Part shown: positions 39,045 to 53,045 of the stretch, piece by piece
Position numbering within the stretch: position 1 is the first letter of the stretch
How the letters are laid out: the number at the start of each line of letters is the position of its first letter
NCBI RefSeq assembly: GCF_006345805.1
Contig: NC_042999.1
Span: forward strand, 63,984,001-64,048,000
Length of the DNA: 64,000 bases
From: Octopus sinensis
Taxonomy: Eukaryota
Direction of reading: 5' to 3'
The notes under the pieces: generated by a model
Seen by the model: only the letters and a program-made list of their open reading frames with translations
Databases searched by the model: none
What the model was told of the DNA's origin: nothing
Program-made: the position numbers and the translations under genes

Positions 39045-39400
39045 TTACTCTTTTACTTGTTTCAGTCATTTGACTGCGGCCATGCTGGAACACTGCCTTT
39101 AGTCGAGCAAATCGGCCGCAGGACTTATTTTTTGTAAGCCTAGTACTTATTATATCGATCTCTTTTGCCTAACCGCTAAGTTACGGGGACGTAAACACAC
39201 CAGCATCGGTTGTCAAGCGATGTTGGAGGGCAAACACAGACACACATACACGACGGGCTTCTTTCAGTTTCCGTTTACCAAATCCACTCACAAGGCTTTG
39301 GTTGGCCCAAGGTTATAGTAGAAGATACTTGCCCAAGATGCCACGCAGTGGGACTGAACTCGGAACCATGTGGTTGGTAAGCAAGCTACTTACCACACAG
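39045..39400 (-). mobile_element. SINE family A (part of local duplication)
   Basis: Shares the diagnostic variants cactgcctttag and tattatatcgatctc with the 30918 copy. Confidence 0.88.
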
Positions 39401-39958
39401 CCTCTCAAAATGATTTTTACTTCTTTAAATTCAACATCATATTTTAAAAAAAATTCTACCATGTGTCTAGAAACTTCTATGGCTAAAGCAGTGGTAATTT
39501 AGTTCATAGAATCAAGGCAACCATTAAGATAATACTTGCATTCATCTAATCCCTTCAGGCGAACCACATTCCACAGATCAGACTCGCCAATATACGCCAT
39601 ATCTGATAGGCTTTCCGGACAGAACGCGTTCATCAAGCAGGAAATCAAAAATTATTTCGTTATTAGATTACAAACAAAACTGGAATATTATGCGGAAATA
39701 AATAAACAAACAAACAAACCAGTAAAATGCTTAAGTACTGAAGCCAATTCCTTTGTGCTTTGAAAACACAAGTTTTACATATTTAATTGAAACTATTTTC
39801 TATTCCTAGATCCAAATTCTCCTTTAAAAACAATATTAATACGTAATTACGTCTCTTGATACACAACATTCAAATGTTTGTTGGTGTTTGTTAAAATTCA
39901 CCAACCTCAGTTGATCAAATGAAACACAGATTATCCCTTTCCCTCCTCTCTGCATATA

Positions 39959-40472
39959 TCTATATATATAAAACTGTAGTTGCGTGAGTGTCTGTCTCCT
40001 ACGATTTAGATTCCTAACTACTCCCACATTTTGCGGTGCAGTTTAACCAAATTCGGGTATCTTATAGTCGTGATTCATATCGAGCCCGTCTGGGTATTAG
40101 CGCGCGTCTACGATGAGTCTACGATTTTAAAAATAATTTAACATAATTTTTTATTCCATTTTAATGCATATTTTTTCGTGTGTCGATGGCGGCGGAGTTG
40201 GCGTCCATGGTCACACCTGCACCTGTGTTGCTTTTCTCCCTTCTTCCCTCCCTCGTGAAGCTGTGGGGAAGGAAGTGTAAGGAAATCAACGTCGTAAAGC
40301 GTTGTCAAGGAGACCAGCGTTCTTTTAGAACAACGACTTCATGGCTTGAAGACACCAAAACAGAAATGGCTAAGAAAGCCCGAATTGGCATCTATAAGGG
40401 AAGTAACTCTCTAAAAATGCTTATACAGTTATTTCCCTTACAAATCCGAGCAACGCCGGGCGATACTGCTAG
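39959..40472 (+). mobile_element. Non-autonomous Helitron
   Basis: A|TCTATATATATAAAAC 5' end; subterminal hairpin ccgagcaacgccggg (40446-40460); CTAG|T 3' end; inserted between A and T. Confidence 0.85.
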
Positions 40473-40918
40473 TATATATATATAATCAAAGTCTTCGATA
40501 ATTTGGTATGATCGTTTCACGCTACATCATTTTATTAAACATTGTGAGTATTAAACATGGAAATAAGTATATGTATTGATGGAAAACCTCTATAAATGGC
40601 TGATGATTGCTCAGCATTTTAAAACTGATGTAATACTTACAATGATTTTGATTTTGATTTTTGATTTTCCAGTTTCAGCTAATGAGCTGTGGCCATGCTG
40701 GGGCACCGCCATTTGTTTAATAAAATGATGTTTAATGAATGTTTAATAAAATGATGTAGCGTGAAACGATCGTATCAAATTACCGAAGATATTCTTGTTG
40801 CTTACTTTGATTATAATCACCCCATGGATTTATATGGATAACACCATACAAAATTCTGGTGCATCTGACTTAAGTAACATATTCATTTGAATCTCTCTCT
40901 CTCTCTCCTCTCTCTCTC

Positions 40919-40962
<44 letters not shown>

Positions 40963-41058
40963 TCTATATTATTTTTATAGAAGGAGCTTATTTACTGTGG
41001 TTAACCCCGACTCAACCCGGACCTAACATATATACATATACATATATATATATATATT

Positions 41059-41107
<49 letters not shown>

Positions 41108-42917
41108 GTGTGATGACTTCTGATTTAGGCACAAGACCAGAAAATTTGAGGTGTAGGGTTTAACTGAAAATACAGACCCCAGTACTTAATACATACTTTA
41201 CTTTATCGACCCTTAGAGATGAAAGGTAAAGTTAATCTCGGCGGAATTTGAACAAGTACTGCGAAGTATCTATCCAACGTTCTACTGACTTCACCACACA
41301 CTACCGACTCATTCATTTCGGCGCTACTGTTAATATTATATTTTGGATCCAGACATAAATTACAGATCCTACAAAGCTGTGTTCATCCAATATTTGGTTC
41401 CGAGACATGGGCATGACTTTTATAACTACTTCATGGACAGTAGTAACAAAAGCGAAGCAAAATGATTACAACTGATTATAAAGATAAGCTCAGAAGCTTA
41501 CTTTTCTTGTGCTTAACTCGAGAATATGGGTGTCCTTGGAAATTTCATTTAGAAATAAATGGTTCGACTGTCACAAGATGGTCCACTGAGAAGGTGTAAT
41601 AAAACCAATAGTTATATTGTCACGACTGAGGAGGCGTAATATAACCAAAACATTGCTTTCATCTTGGCTGTACATGCTAATGCATTCTTTGTGCATATTT
41701 ATAGTTGCTGACAATGCTGTGTGGTTAAGAAGCTCACATTTAACTACGTGGTTTCTGGTTCTGACCGACAGTGTGGCACCTTGGGCAAGTGTCTTCTACT
41801 ATAGCCCTGGGCCGACCAATGCCTTATGAGTGAATTTGGTACTTAACTTTAAAATAAGTGCAGGGGTAGATTTGTTCGACTGAACCCTTTAAAGCAGTGC
41901 CGAAGTATGGCCGCAGTCCGATGGTTGAAACACGTAGATGAAAGGATATAACCAAAACATTCCAGGTATTTTATCGTCGACATGTAGTGGAATTGTGTCA
42001 GTGGCTAAGACACAGAAGTGTGACGAAATATTTTGATACTTCAAAATAAACTATTAAGAAACAAAAAGGGAATGTAACAGCTTCTGCGCATTCTTTATTG
42101 GCTAAAATGACACTTTCACTACGAAATATGCACACACACGTATGTGTGTGTTTGTCTGTGTGTATGTGTGTGTGTGCGGGCGTGTGTGTGCGCACATGTG
42201 TGTGTATGTGTGTGTGTGTGTACTGCGAATCAGTATATATACTTTTGTGTGTAACACTTTTTAGCGTTTGAAGCCGTTGAATTTGCGCTATTTTATAAAA
42301 TTTATTTTCTAAATCATTCGACACGAGCCTGAGTCATTCTGTTTATTTCTTGACTATATAAACACATGCATGTATATATGCATTTATATATACTGCTTGC
42401 ATATATGTAAATATATACCTCTCTTTTACTTATGAAAGGTGAATGAACTATGAGACTGGGTTTTTAAGCCTTAAGCCACAGTATCCTACATGGCTGACAT
42501 TGGAGTCAAGGAGAAATTATTAAGTACTGAGTCACGATGCGGAAAGAAGAAAATGTCGTGGATATCGCTGAGGCGACTGAGGGGAGAACTGAGAGGGAAC
42601 ACTAAATCCTTTATGAGTATCAAATAAAGATGTGTGTGATTAAATCTGGATTGATTGGAAGGAAACTGCAAGAAATAAATAAAGAAAATACAGAAAATCG
42701 TATAATGAATTGAGCCAAACCTAACAAACGAAACAATGTTACTGGTTGGGTGATACTGTTGTCTGTTGACAAGATCACTTTTATTTTCACTTGACAATTG
42801 ATAAAGGTGATGCCCTGCAGCTCAAGAGACACATATAGCATAAATACTCGCACGTTTGTGTGTGAGTGTGTATGAGAGAGAGAGAGAGAGAGTGATAGAC
42901 AGACAGAATGATATACG

Positions 42918-43002
<85 letters not shown>

Positions 43003-43077
43003 GAGGATGGTATAGGCATGCGTGTGTGTGTACAAACATAAAGAACAGATATACTGGTGTGGTGGTCAGATCTTTAT

Positions 43078-43143
<66 letters not shown>

Positions 43144-43616
43144 GGATGGATGGATGGATGGATGGATGGTGATAATCAGGATGAAATATGGAAGCGATTA
43201 GTTAAGAATGAAAACTTAAAGAGAAAAACTTCTTGTGTGCCATATGGACCAGAATAATCTTAGTTTTGGCGTGGTCAAAGTCCAAAGGCTTTAATCCCAT
43301 GTTAATATTCATCTGGTCGCAAAAGTGATTGTAAATATCACTGTGAGATAATGGACATTACAAACAAACAAAGAAGAGGACAACAGCATACGAATTAGAC
43401 GGAAAATAACAGGCAGATACATATAGCACGGTTCAACAAACAAGATTTTTTTTCAACTAGATATGGAAGACAACAAATTCACCAAAAGAGTACTAGCGCG
43501 AAAGAAATTAAGAATATGACTTTCTTCTTCAAATGAACACACGTATATGAATACATACGCTAACACATACTCATAAATATGTGTGTGTATATATATATAT
43601 GCATATATACTTATAC

Positions 43617-43671
<55 letters not shown>

Positions 43672-43674
<3 letters not shown>

Positions 43675-43812
43675 ACGGGAAGCTTTATGAAAATAAACAA
43701 AAGACGAAGGCAGGTGGAAAACAAACGAACAATTGTATTAGTATGGCGCTCAGGAAATATAAATAAAACAAGTCTTTAACGTTTCGAGCCTACGCTCTTC
43801 AACAGAAAGATA
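43672..43812 (-). mobile_element. Family G copy (5'-truncated)
   Basis: Colinear with 3652-3835 and 47843-48046; embedded in (TA)n/(TG)n. Confidence 0.5.
43773..43810 (-). ncRNA. Hammerhead-like motif with CUGUUGA core (family G copy 2)
   Basis: The minus strand reads TCTTT-CTGTTGA-A-GAGC(gtag)GCTC-GAA-ACGT-T-AAAGA, with a 5-bp stem I and a GUU triplet. Confidence 0.5.
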
Positions 43813-43889
43813 TACTTATACGTGTGTGTGTATATATATATATATATACTTATACGTGTGTGTGTATATATATATATGTATACTTATAC

Positions 43890-43929
<40 letters not shown>

Positions 43930-44521
43930 ACATATATATGTATATATATATATATACATGTATATGTATATATATATGTGCATGTATTTATACATGTGTG
44001 TGTGTGAGAAAGAGTGGGAGAGTATGAGTGCCAAACAGCGATTGACCACGTGATCTACTACATAGGTGTGTGTGTCTATGTGTGTAAAAGATAATAGCTA
44101 TGTATGTATGTATGTATGTATGTATGTGTGTAAGCTGTACGAAGAAGAACGATAAAATACGTGGTAAAATTTTTTTTTAAATAAAGCAAAGCCCGAGATT
44201 TTTCTGTCTCTGACAAACATATCAGCACTACCAGAACAAAAGAAATGCATATATATTGAAATAAGAGCAAAAAAATGATTTTTTATTACATATTTAGTGG
44301 GCCACTGTTTTTTTACATAGTCTATAATATCTTAAATGAAACAACGTTACAAAGAAATAGTTTATGTTCATAAAAGTAGGCCTGTAAGTACGATAACATT
44401 TAGATCGCTGTCGAAGTGGGGAGTTGCCCAAGTAATTTATTGCCTTCTCCCGGTCACGGTGAGGTAATTGAGTGTATAATTAAAGATGCGGTGCACATGC
44501 TTACACACACACATAAATTTT

Positions 44522-44554
<33 letters not shown>

Positions 44555-45475
44555 AACTACATTATGGAAATATCTTATAAGAACGTAAAAAATACCCCGT
44601 TATGTTTGCTTCTCTTTCATTTCTTAACAGTACAGAGAGTACAGCGTGTAGTGAATTGTCGAACTGTTTCGTCGCACATAATGCGACCTGGTCACTAACA
44701 CAAACACACGCATGCAGGCACGCACACACGTGTGCGCGCGCAGACACACGCACGCACGCACGCACACAGGCGCGCGCACACATACATATGTTAACGCTAA
44801 ACCACAGTACACAATTATCCACTAACAGTTTTTCTCTTTCATTCTCTCTCACGTGTGTGTGTGGGTGTGTGTGCGTGTGCGCGTGTGCGCGTGTGCGCGC
44901 GCGTGTGTGTGTATGTGTGGGTGTGTGCGTGTCTGTGTGCACGTACGTGAGTCATGCCTGCACCACCGCTTAACACTTCGAGTTGGTTTGTTTAACATCC
45001 CCGGTTCAGAAAAAGAGACCGATAGCACCACCTTAAAGAATTTTTAGTTGAATGAATCGATCCCAGTAGTTTTATTTTCGCTAAGCCTGGGGATTGTTCT
45101 ATTTGTGTGTTTTGTCGAGCCACTAGGTTACGTAGACGCAAACACATTAACACTGGTTGTCAAGCGGTGGTGGGAGACAAACACAGATACAGACCGACAG
45201 ACAGACAGATACACATACAATGTTTCCATCTACCAAATCCACTCACAAAGCTTTGGTCGGACCGAGTTAATAGTAGAAAACACTTGCCCAAGGTGCCACG
45301 CAGTGGGACTGAACCCGGAACCATGTGGTTGGGAGAAGATGTAAGACTCTGCTGTCTCTCTTTAGTTTTACTCCTGTCTACTTTTCATCGATGAATTACT
45401 CTTTCCGAAACATTGAATTTTCCACTCCCTGCGACAAGTTCGCTTTCCTCTTTTTGTCGATTTTAAAATCATATA

Positions 45476-45583
<108 letters not shown>

Positions 45584-46030
45584 AAGACATGCATATTTTT
45601 TTACTCAACTTCTGGCATTCAATACTTTATTCTCGTTCGTCATTATTAACCGCCATAAATTCATTAAAAAAAAATATGTATACACTTATTGTGAGCAACA
45701 AGGCAGTAAAGTATTTCTATGACTCCCACTTCTTTGGAAATCCATACCTTATCATATGCTTAAAGGTCCAGTAATATAGATTAGATTTCAAGTACCGAAA
45801 CTTTCCTGCTGATGTTTAAATTATAAGATTATAATAAACTATGGTAAGAATTTTAGTGTCAATAAATAAATAGACTGAAAAAAAAAAAAAAGAACGTATA
45901 TAACTTGCTACTCTCATTTCAATGTGTATTATGTAAATTATTTTTTGATGCAATGAAGGCGCTGACATATTTGGTATATGGAAAAAAAATTCGCTGCTTT
46001 GCATGCCGCATATTTTACTCTTGATTCTAC

Positions 46031-46034
<4 letters not shown>

Positions 46035-46072
<38 letters not shown>

Positions 46073-46206
46073 ACCACCACCACCACCACCACCACCACAT
46101 TCACCACCACCACCACCACCACCACCACCACCACCACCACCACGACAACCACCACCACCACCACCACACCACCACCACCACCACCACCACGACGACCACC
46201 ACCACG
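46035..46206. repeat. (AC)n plus (CAC)n microsatellite
   Basis: Read directly from the sequence. Confidence 0.95.
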
Positions 46207-47084
46207 TCCAGTTGAGGCATTACTCGAAGAAAATCCTGCATTATCAGTTGAAGAATTGGCAATAAAGCTTAGTTCAAACCATACAACTGTTCATGGTCAT
46301 CTTCAACAACTTGGAAAGGTTCCTAAACTTCGAAAATGGGTGCCTCATGAATTGTCTGAAAGCAACCGCAAATCCCGAGTTGACATCTGCACTTCTCTCC
46401 ATTCTCGCGAACTCATTTCACCCTTTTTGGATAGACTTGTGACTGGTGAGGAAAAGGGGATCTTCTATCGAAATGTTAAATGTCGTAAACAGTGGCTTGG
46501 TAAAAGGGAAAAAGCCCAACCACAACCGAGAAGGGAACTTCATGGGAAAAAGGTTCTTCTCCCTATCTGATAGAATTGCAAAGGAGTAATTCACTTTAAA
46601 TTGTTACCACCTAATGCAACAATCAATGCTCAAGTCTACTGTCAGTAATTAGAGCGTTTGAACCAAGCTTTGAAGAAAAAAAGACCCGCTTTAGTGAATC
46701 GAAAATGAGTGATGTTTCATCAGGACAAAGCGCGACCCCACACTGTAAAGATCCCATCACAGAAGATCGAAGAGCTTGGTTGGAAAAAAATTTCTCATCC
46801 ACCTTATTCTCCCAACCTTGCTCCTTCTGTTTCATAGTTTATAGAATCATTTGGGGGACATAACTTTCGCAAGCCAGGAGGAGGTCGAAACCGACATTTC
46901 AGAGTTCTTCGCTTTGAAAACAAAGGAGTTTTACATTGATGGGATTAAAAAGCTTGTAAATAGATGGAAGGAAGTCATAGATAATCAGGGAAAGTACATT
47001 GATGATTAAATTTCAATTAAATATAACATTTGATCACTTGTTTTCTTTATTCAAAATTCGGACAGAATTTATGGGATGAGCTGA
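46207..47084 (+). mobile_element. 5'-truncated decayed DD34D mariner
   Basis: Encodes KWVPHEL, FLDRLVTGEEK and FHQDKARPH...HPPYSPNLAPS with stops. The right TIR aaattcggacagaatttatgggatgagctga-TA is present; the 5' part is replaced by a (CAC)n tract. Confidence 0.88.
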
Positions 47085-47186
47085 TATATATATATAATCA
47101 TTAAAATATATGTATATATTCGTATGGATATTTGGTAAATGTATATAGATACAGATGCAGATATATATAATCATAAATATATATAT

Positions 47187-47515
47187 TCTTTTACTTGTTT
47201 CAGCCATTTGACTGAGGCCATGCTGGAGTACCGCCCTGGACTTACTTTTTGTAAACCTGGTACTTATTCTATGGGTCTCGTCTGCCAAACTAACAAGTTA
47301 CGGGGACGTAAGCATATCAACATCAGTTGTTAAGCGATAATGGGACGACAAACACATATATACATATAGATATACAACGGGCTTCTAACAAATCCACTCA
47401 CAAGCCTCTGGTCGGCCCGAGGTTATAGTTTACATCATTCGCCCAAGGTGCCACGCAGTTGGACTGAACCCGAACCATGTCGTTGGGAAGTTGGCTTCTT
47501 AACACACAGCCACTG
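47187..47515 (-). mobile_element. SINE family A, diverged
   Basis: Reverse copy with internal deletions. Confidence 0.8.
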
Positions 47516-47842
47516 TACACACACACACACAGATATATAATCATAAAAATATATGTATATTCGTATGGATATTTGGTAAATGTATATATAATACATATAC
47601 ATACGTGTGTGTGTATGCATATATAAGCGCAAGTTTACTAATCCATACACGTACATAAATCTACATATATATATATATATATATATATATACGCACATAT
47701 ATATATACATAAATGCGCACATATATATATAAATATATGCACACATATATATACATACACATATATATATACATACGTATATAAATATATACATACATAT
47801 GTATATACACATACATACGTATGTATATACATACATATGCAT

Positions 47843-48046
47843 AGGGAGAGTTTACGAAAAAAAAACAAAAGACGAAGACAGGTGGTGTACAAAACAAACA
47901 GATGTATTAGTATAACGCTCAGGAATAGAAAAAGTCTTTTACGTTTCGAGCCTACGCTCTTCTACAGAAAGGGACACAGAAAAAACAAGGAGAGAAACAA
48001 GAAGAGAAAAAAATGTGTGTAGTGGCTAACGATCTATCATGGCGAC
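47843..48046 (-). mobile_element. Family G copy (most complete)
   Basis: Colinear with the other two copies, including the gtggcta(a/g)cgatc(t/a)atcat end; flanked by (TA)n/(CA)n. Confidence 0.55.
47936..47971 (-). ncRNA. Hammerhead-like motif with non-canonical CUGUAGA core (family G copy 3)
   Basis: The minus strand reads CTTT-CTGTAGA-A-GAGC(gtag)GCTC-GAA-ACGT-A-AAAG. Stem I is CTTT/AAAG, stem II is 4 bp, stem III is the palindrome ACGT, and the triplet is GUA. Position 6 is U instead of A. Confidence 0.55.
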
Positions 48047-48048
48047 AT

Positions 48049-48130
<82 letters not shown>

Positions 48131-48279
48131 TATCAAACTTCAATTATCCGCGCTAAGGCACGTTGCGACACCCCAAGGTCGTAACTTCAACCGTGTTTTT
48201 TCTGTTGTGATTTTTGCTACCCAGGTATCGGTTAAATTTTGAATAATCCTTAACAAGATAATTCATTTATCCATTTCAA

Positions 48280-48289
48280 TATATATATA

Positions 48290-48335
<46 letters not shown>

Positions 48336-48381
48336 ATATATATATATCATACATATATATATATTTCTATATATATACATG

Positions 48382-48422
<41 letters not shown>

Positions 48423-48458
48423 TATATATACATATATATATTTCTATATATATACATG

Positions 48459-48502
<44 letters not shown>

Positions 48503-48700
48503 CATACATGTATGTGTATATATATGCATACATGTATATATATATATATATACATACATGTATATATATATACATAATATATATATAACATACATATATA
48601 TATATGCATACACGTATACACACACATACACACACGCACACACACATACACACACACATATATATGTGTATATATATATATATATTGCACACACACATAG
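48280..48700. repeat. (TA)n/(CA)n compound microsatellite
   Basis: Read directly from the sequence. Confidence 0.95.
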
Positions 48701-49144
48701 ATATTCAGTCACATTTATGCTCACAGCACACACATACATACACCCACCCACACATATCCATACGAATGTTCTCATACGCGTCATCTGTATATGCGTGACT
48801 TGTTTAAATTTTTACGAGGAAATTATAAATTATTTTTGAATGAATTTACTGACAAGTGACGTTGTCACCTCCGTTAAATATGACCTTAAGAAAATGTTGC
48901 AACTCCTTATTGCCAGATTTAAACTTCCAGTTTTTATGAAGACATGGAAATTATTCTCAAATCTTTTTATGGTGTACAAACAATTTATGAAATATTTTGT
49001 TTTCATTTGTAAAACGTTGAATCGCCTGATGTGTGAGAAAGAGAAAAAATAAACATAGCATCAAGAGCTTAAACGAACTTACCCTACCTGATAGAAACAG
49101 CAACGAAATTTCGCTTAAATCCGACCTTGTAATATACTTTAGAC

Positions 49145-49535
49145 CAGGGGTTCTCAACTAATTTTTAATCTAGGGACCTCGTTGGTCACTATTTTACTCT
49201 GGTGGAATCCCATAGCCATTCGCTGTTTAAAAACTAGTTTTATAGAAACTTCTTTCAAAATTCCGATTCTGCTTTTCATGCATTAACTTATGTAGGTTGG
49301 ACCCTGTAAAACTTGAGAGAAAGAAGCGCCCGGGAGGACGGCCATATTAGCTACACTAGAAAAAGAAACTTAGCTGTTACTTGCAATATATACCAATACA
49401 TACATCTAAAGAAAAAGGTTTTCACTGACCCTTAAATACTATTGTGGATCCTCAATTTACTATTTTGTTGCATGGACCAATAAAAATCTTACATGGCCCC
49501 TCAGGAGCCACATGTATCCCGGTTGAGAACCCCTG
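49145..49535. mobile_element. hAT (Charlie-like) MITE
   Basis: 14-bp perfect TIRs caggggttctcaac/gttgagaacccctg; 8-bp TSD ctttagac/ctttaggc (7/8 match). Confidence 0.9.
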
Positions 49536-49955
49536 CTTTAGGCAGAAAAATCTTAAGTATTTGTAGAAGACAGAAAGATGAAGTTCACGAAGATATGGTA
49601 AGGCTCATTTGATCATAAGTGTATTCGAACAACAACAAAAATATGGCGATTTGTTGAATATTCAAGGTTTATTGATTATCACACAAAGTGGTTGATGGTT
49701 GGCTGGGAAGTTTAGTCTTCCCAAAAGGAGGGAAACGAAATTGAGCTGGAAGTTGTGACAAAGAAACTCCATAATTTAATTAACAAATTCCTGTGAAATA
49801 CCGTAATTTCGTTAACAGAACCCCCTGATGATGTTGTGTCTACAAGCACCTATATCTTCTAGCGATATTTTAAGCATTTTTAAAATAGTAACTGAAGTAT
49901 AGCTGCTCCAACGTACTAAATACTCAACAACGAACACCATTGAAAAATCAATTCC

Positions 49956-50024
<69 letters not shown>

Positions 50025-52804
50025 GGATACATGAGAGCCAGGATATATGAGCCAGGATCTCAGGATATATGAGAGCCAACACAGTTCCATGTGATACAAT
50101 AATCTTGCAAAACCAGTGAGTTGCGTATAAACAATTGATGGGAAGCGCCAGAGTTGTTCTGCGTGGAGTCAAGTCTTACAAAAAAAAAAAAAAAGGCATT
50201 TAACTCCGCTTGCATTAATATACTTTCTATACACTATTTTCATGTTATATGAAATATATGTACGTCCTGTACATCATTTTCATGCTATGTACATATGAAA
50301 TTTAGGGGCTTTTAATGCATTGATGAATTAGTTCTTGCAGGATTAATTTCATACGGTTGTTTGGGATGTAGTGATTACCCATAATCCATTTTATTTTCCC
50401 ATGTCTGTTGTTTTATTTCCTGATGCCTGTTTCTTTTAATGACATCCATGAAAACATTATCCACAGTGGCAATTCTTTATTCAAGACAGTAGGTTGTGAT
50501 GAAGAAAATTCAGCTGTCATTTCTCGCAATCATTTGGGTCACGTAGTATCATCCAATTGATTCCTTCCCTATATGTCAATAGATTTGTGGTGGTTCCAAC
50601 AGAAGCGGGTATGTTGAACTTGATCTTTCCTCGACTGTAGCTATTGCTAGCGCAGGAGTTAGACAAACTACGAGCTAGGACCTCACAAACTACGAGCTAG
50701 GACCAACAGGATCCTAAAAGATGAATACAAAGCTTATATATTTTCAATTTTTGTGAGACGTTTTGATGTATTTCGTTTTGGGATTTGGTTTGCAAGATTC
50801 TTTATATGAGTTCGTGTGTTGAAGCATATTCTATTGTGTCTGGGGAGAGTCATTTTCTTTTTGTGCCTTATTATGTAACACATTCACCTGTAAAATTTCC
50901 ACGTTTTTCTTATTTTTATTGTCCTAAAATTTTCGTTGCGTCTTGCAACCTTTTCAATAGTTATTTTATCAAAAATTTGACACTGGCTCCTGCTTATCCG
51001 TACTTATAGCATCATGATGCAGTATTTGGAGCTAATAACGGTATTGTTATTGCGGATGTTGTTACTAGTTTTGTTTGTATATGTGCTTTATTTTGTTTTT
51101 AATGTTTAGCTGGATTTAATGGCTGAGATAGTGATCTCAAGATGTTATTAGTGCTTTAGAGTGCTGCAAATATGGCTGTTTGTTTGGAAATAATTGCGCC
51201 TGTCGCGGAAGATAGTGGATACAATGCATCAGTCACACATACATATATTTATTTACAAACATGCATATATAAACACGAACGTGTATGTGTATTAAATTTA
51301 TTCCGGAAAGGAGGCATCAACGCCAACGATCTTTGCAGGTTCTCCCTTATTAGTGTGGCTGGTAATCAGCTTAGAAGCTATTCCTCAAAACATGAGTGTG
51401 GAGGGAACCATACGTCTGATTTGAATGCCTGCAACGGGGTGAAATACTCAAAAAGCACAAGGATTAGGTAATGGTGTTAAACCGGGTGGCGTGATCTGCT
51501 CAACACCCATGTGAGAACTACCGTCTCGTGAAACTTGTAAATGAAATTATGGATAGATTGAACGATATAACCTGTTCTTTTTACAGAGTACACTCTGTTG
51601 CAATTATTTGGGCTAATACTCTGAAGTGAGTATAACTTCCTGCAACGAGTCAGGAAGTTCATGAAAAAGGTTATAAGTACAGCCTTTGCTATTTTGGCGA
51701 AACTAGAGTAAAACGAAAAAATAAAACACACACAAAGAAAAAAGAACGGTTTGTGACGGTAATTGGAAGGCGTAGAAGCGTAGATGTGCTGAAATATCTT
51801 TCAACAAGAATTACGAAATCATTAATAAGAAACAAATGCATAAATATAGATGCAAGAAGAAGTTCAAATATAAACATATAAATGCATAAATAAAGTTTGA
51901 CGACTCTTTAGCATAGATCCTTTTTGAAATTTTTTTTTTTCAATTTAGGGAATGTTGATGTTGGAATGATTAATTATATCATCAGTTTGTGTTCGCAGTA
52001 ATGGAAAAAAAGCTGAATAGAATTTTGAAAAAGATAACCAAAAGCGGCATTGGTCGGTCGTCTGGCAAAAAATAACTAAGCACATTCTATTTTTTAACTT
52101 TAGACTACTAACAAGGGAAAGCTGCGGTATTTGTAATAGTCTGTGAATACCTTCTGGGACCAGAAGGGTGGAGTCAGGAACTAAGAGTGATCTGGTCAGC
52201 AGTGGGGCTTGGAGATTTGAGAAACTTAATGTATTGTGAGAATATATCGGAAAGAAAGGCTACTGCCCAAGGTCAGCTCTTAACGAACTGACCTATGAAT
52301 AAAAGCATTGCAGTCTTTTCTAAGACGGCAGTTTGAAATTTCAAAGAGATTTGGTTGCTATTTCTGTCAAATCGAACGACCATTTAAATGCGTCCTTATT
52401 GTTGTTTAGCTGCAGCAGAATTCTGTTCAAGAACCTATAAGAAGTCGTTGGAACTATAATCATTCTGACTTTATGAATATATAAGACTATGTACTCAGTG
52501 TGTTTTTTTCTTTTTCTATCATTTTCTATCCAAGTATGTAAGTTGAGAAATATTTGACTACTATTTCGTGCCTATTTTTAGTGATCGTACTGACTCCTCT
52601 ACATTGATATAGTTATTGATGATGATAATGTTATGTAACTCCAGGGCAGCCCTGAATCAGTCACCATTCGAATCTAGTCTTCTATCTGAAGATAACTTCT
52701 CTCTTCTTTTCTTTCTGTTAGGGTTAGAGACAGTGAAAGACATCTATAGGTGCCATCTGCCCTGTGACTAAGCAAATCACGCGCGCACACATTATATATA
52801 TACA

Positions 52805-52978
52805 TTTTTATTATTATTTTGCAATTTACTTAATCATCGGCTTATTATTGTTATTTCAATTTTATTATTTCTATTATTATATATAAATTAGAAAAAAACA
52901 CCTTTTATCAATTCAAAATGAACAATTAAATTACACCATCTAGAAAATTACATATAATATAAATATTAAAATTAAAAT

Positions 52979-52985
<7 letters not shown>
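52805..52985. repeat. AT-rich repeat family F, second inverted arrangement
   Basis: ttattttgcaatttacttaatcat segment facing a reverse segment aattacaccatctagaaaattacat. Confidence 0.7.

Positions 52986-53043
<58 letters not shown>

Positions 53044-53045
<2 letters not shown>

Noticed and set aside
44600-44700. Possible internal exon after a pyrimidine tract and AG
   Set aside because: No recognisable protein similarity or convincing donor site; cannot be supported without RNA data.
50915-50960. Minus-strand GTTGC/GCAAC hairpin followed by GAAA
   Set aside because: The upstream sequence is CTATTGAAAAG, not CUGANGA; kept only as part of an unclassified repeat.
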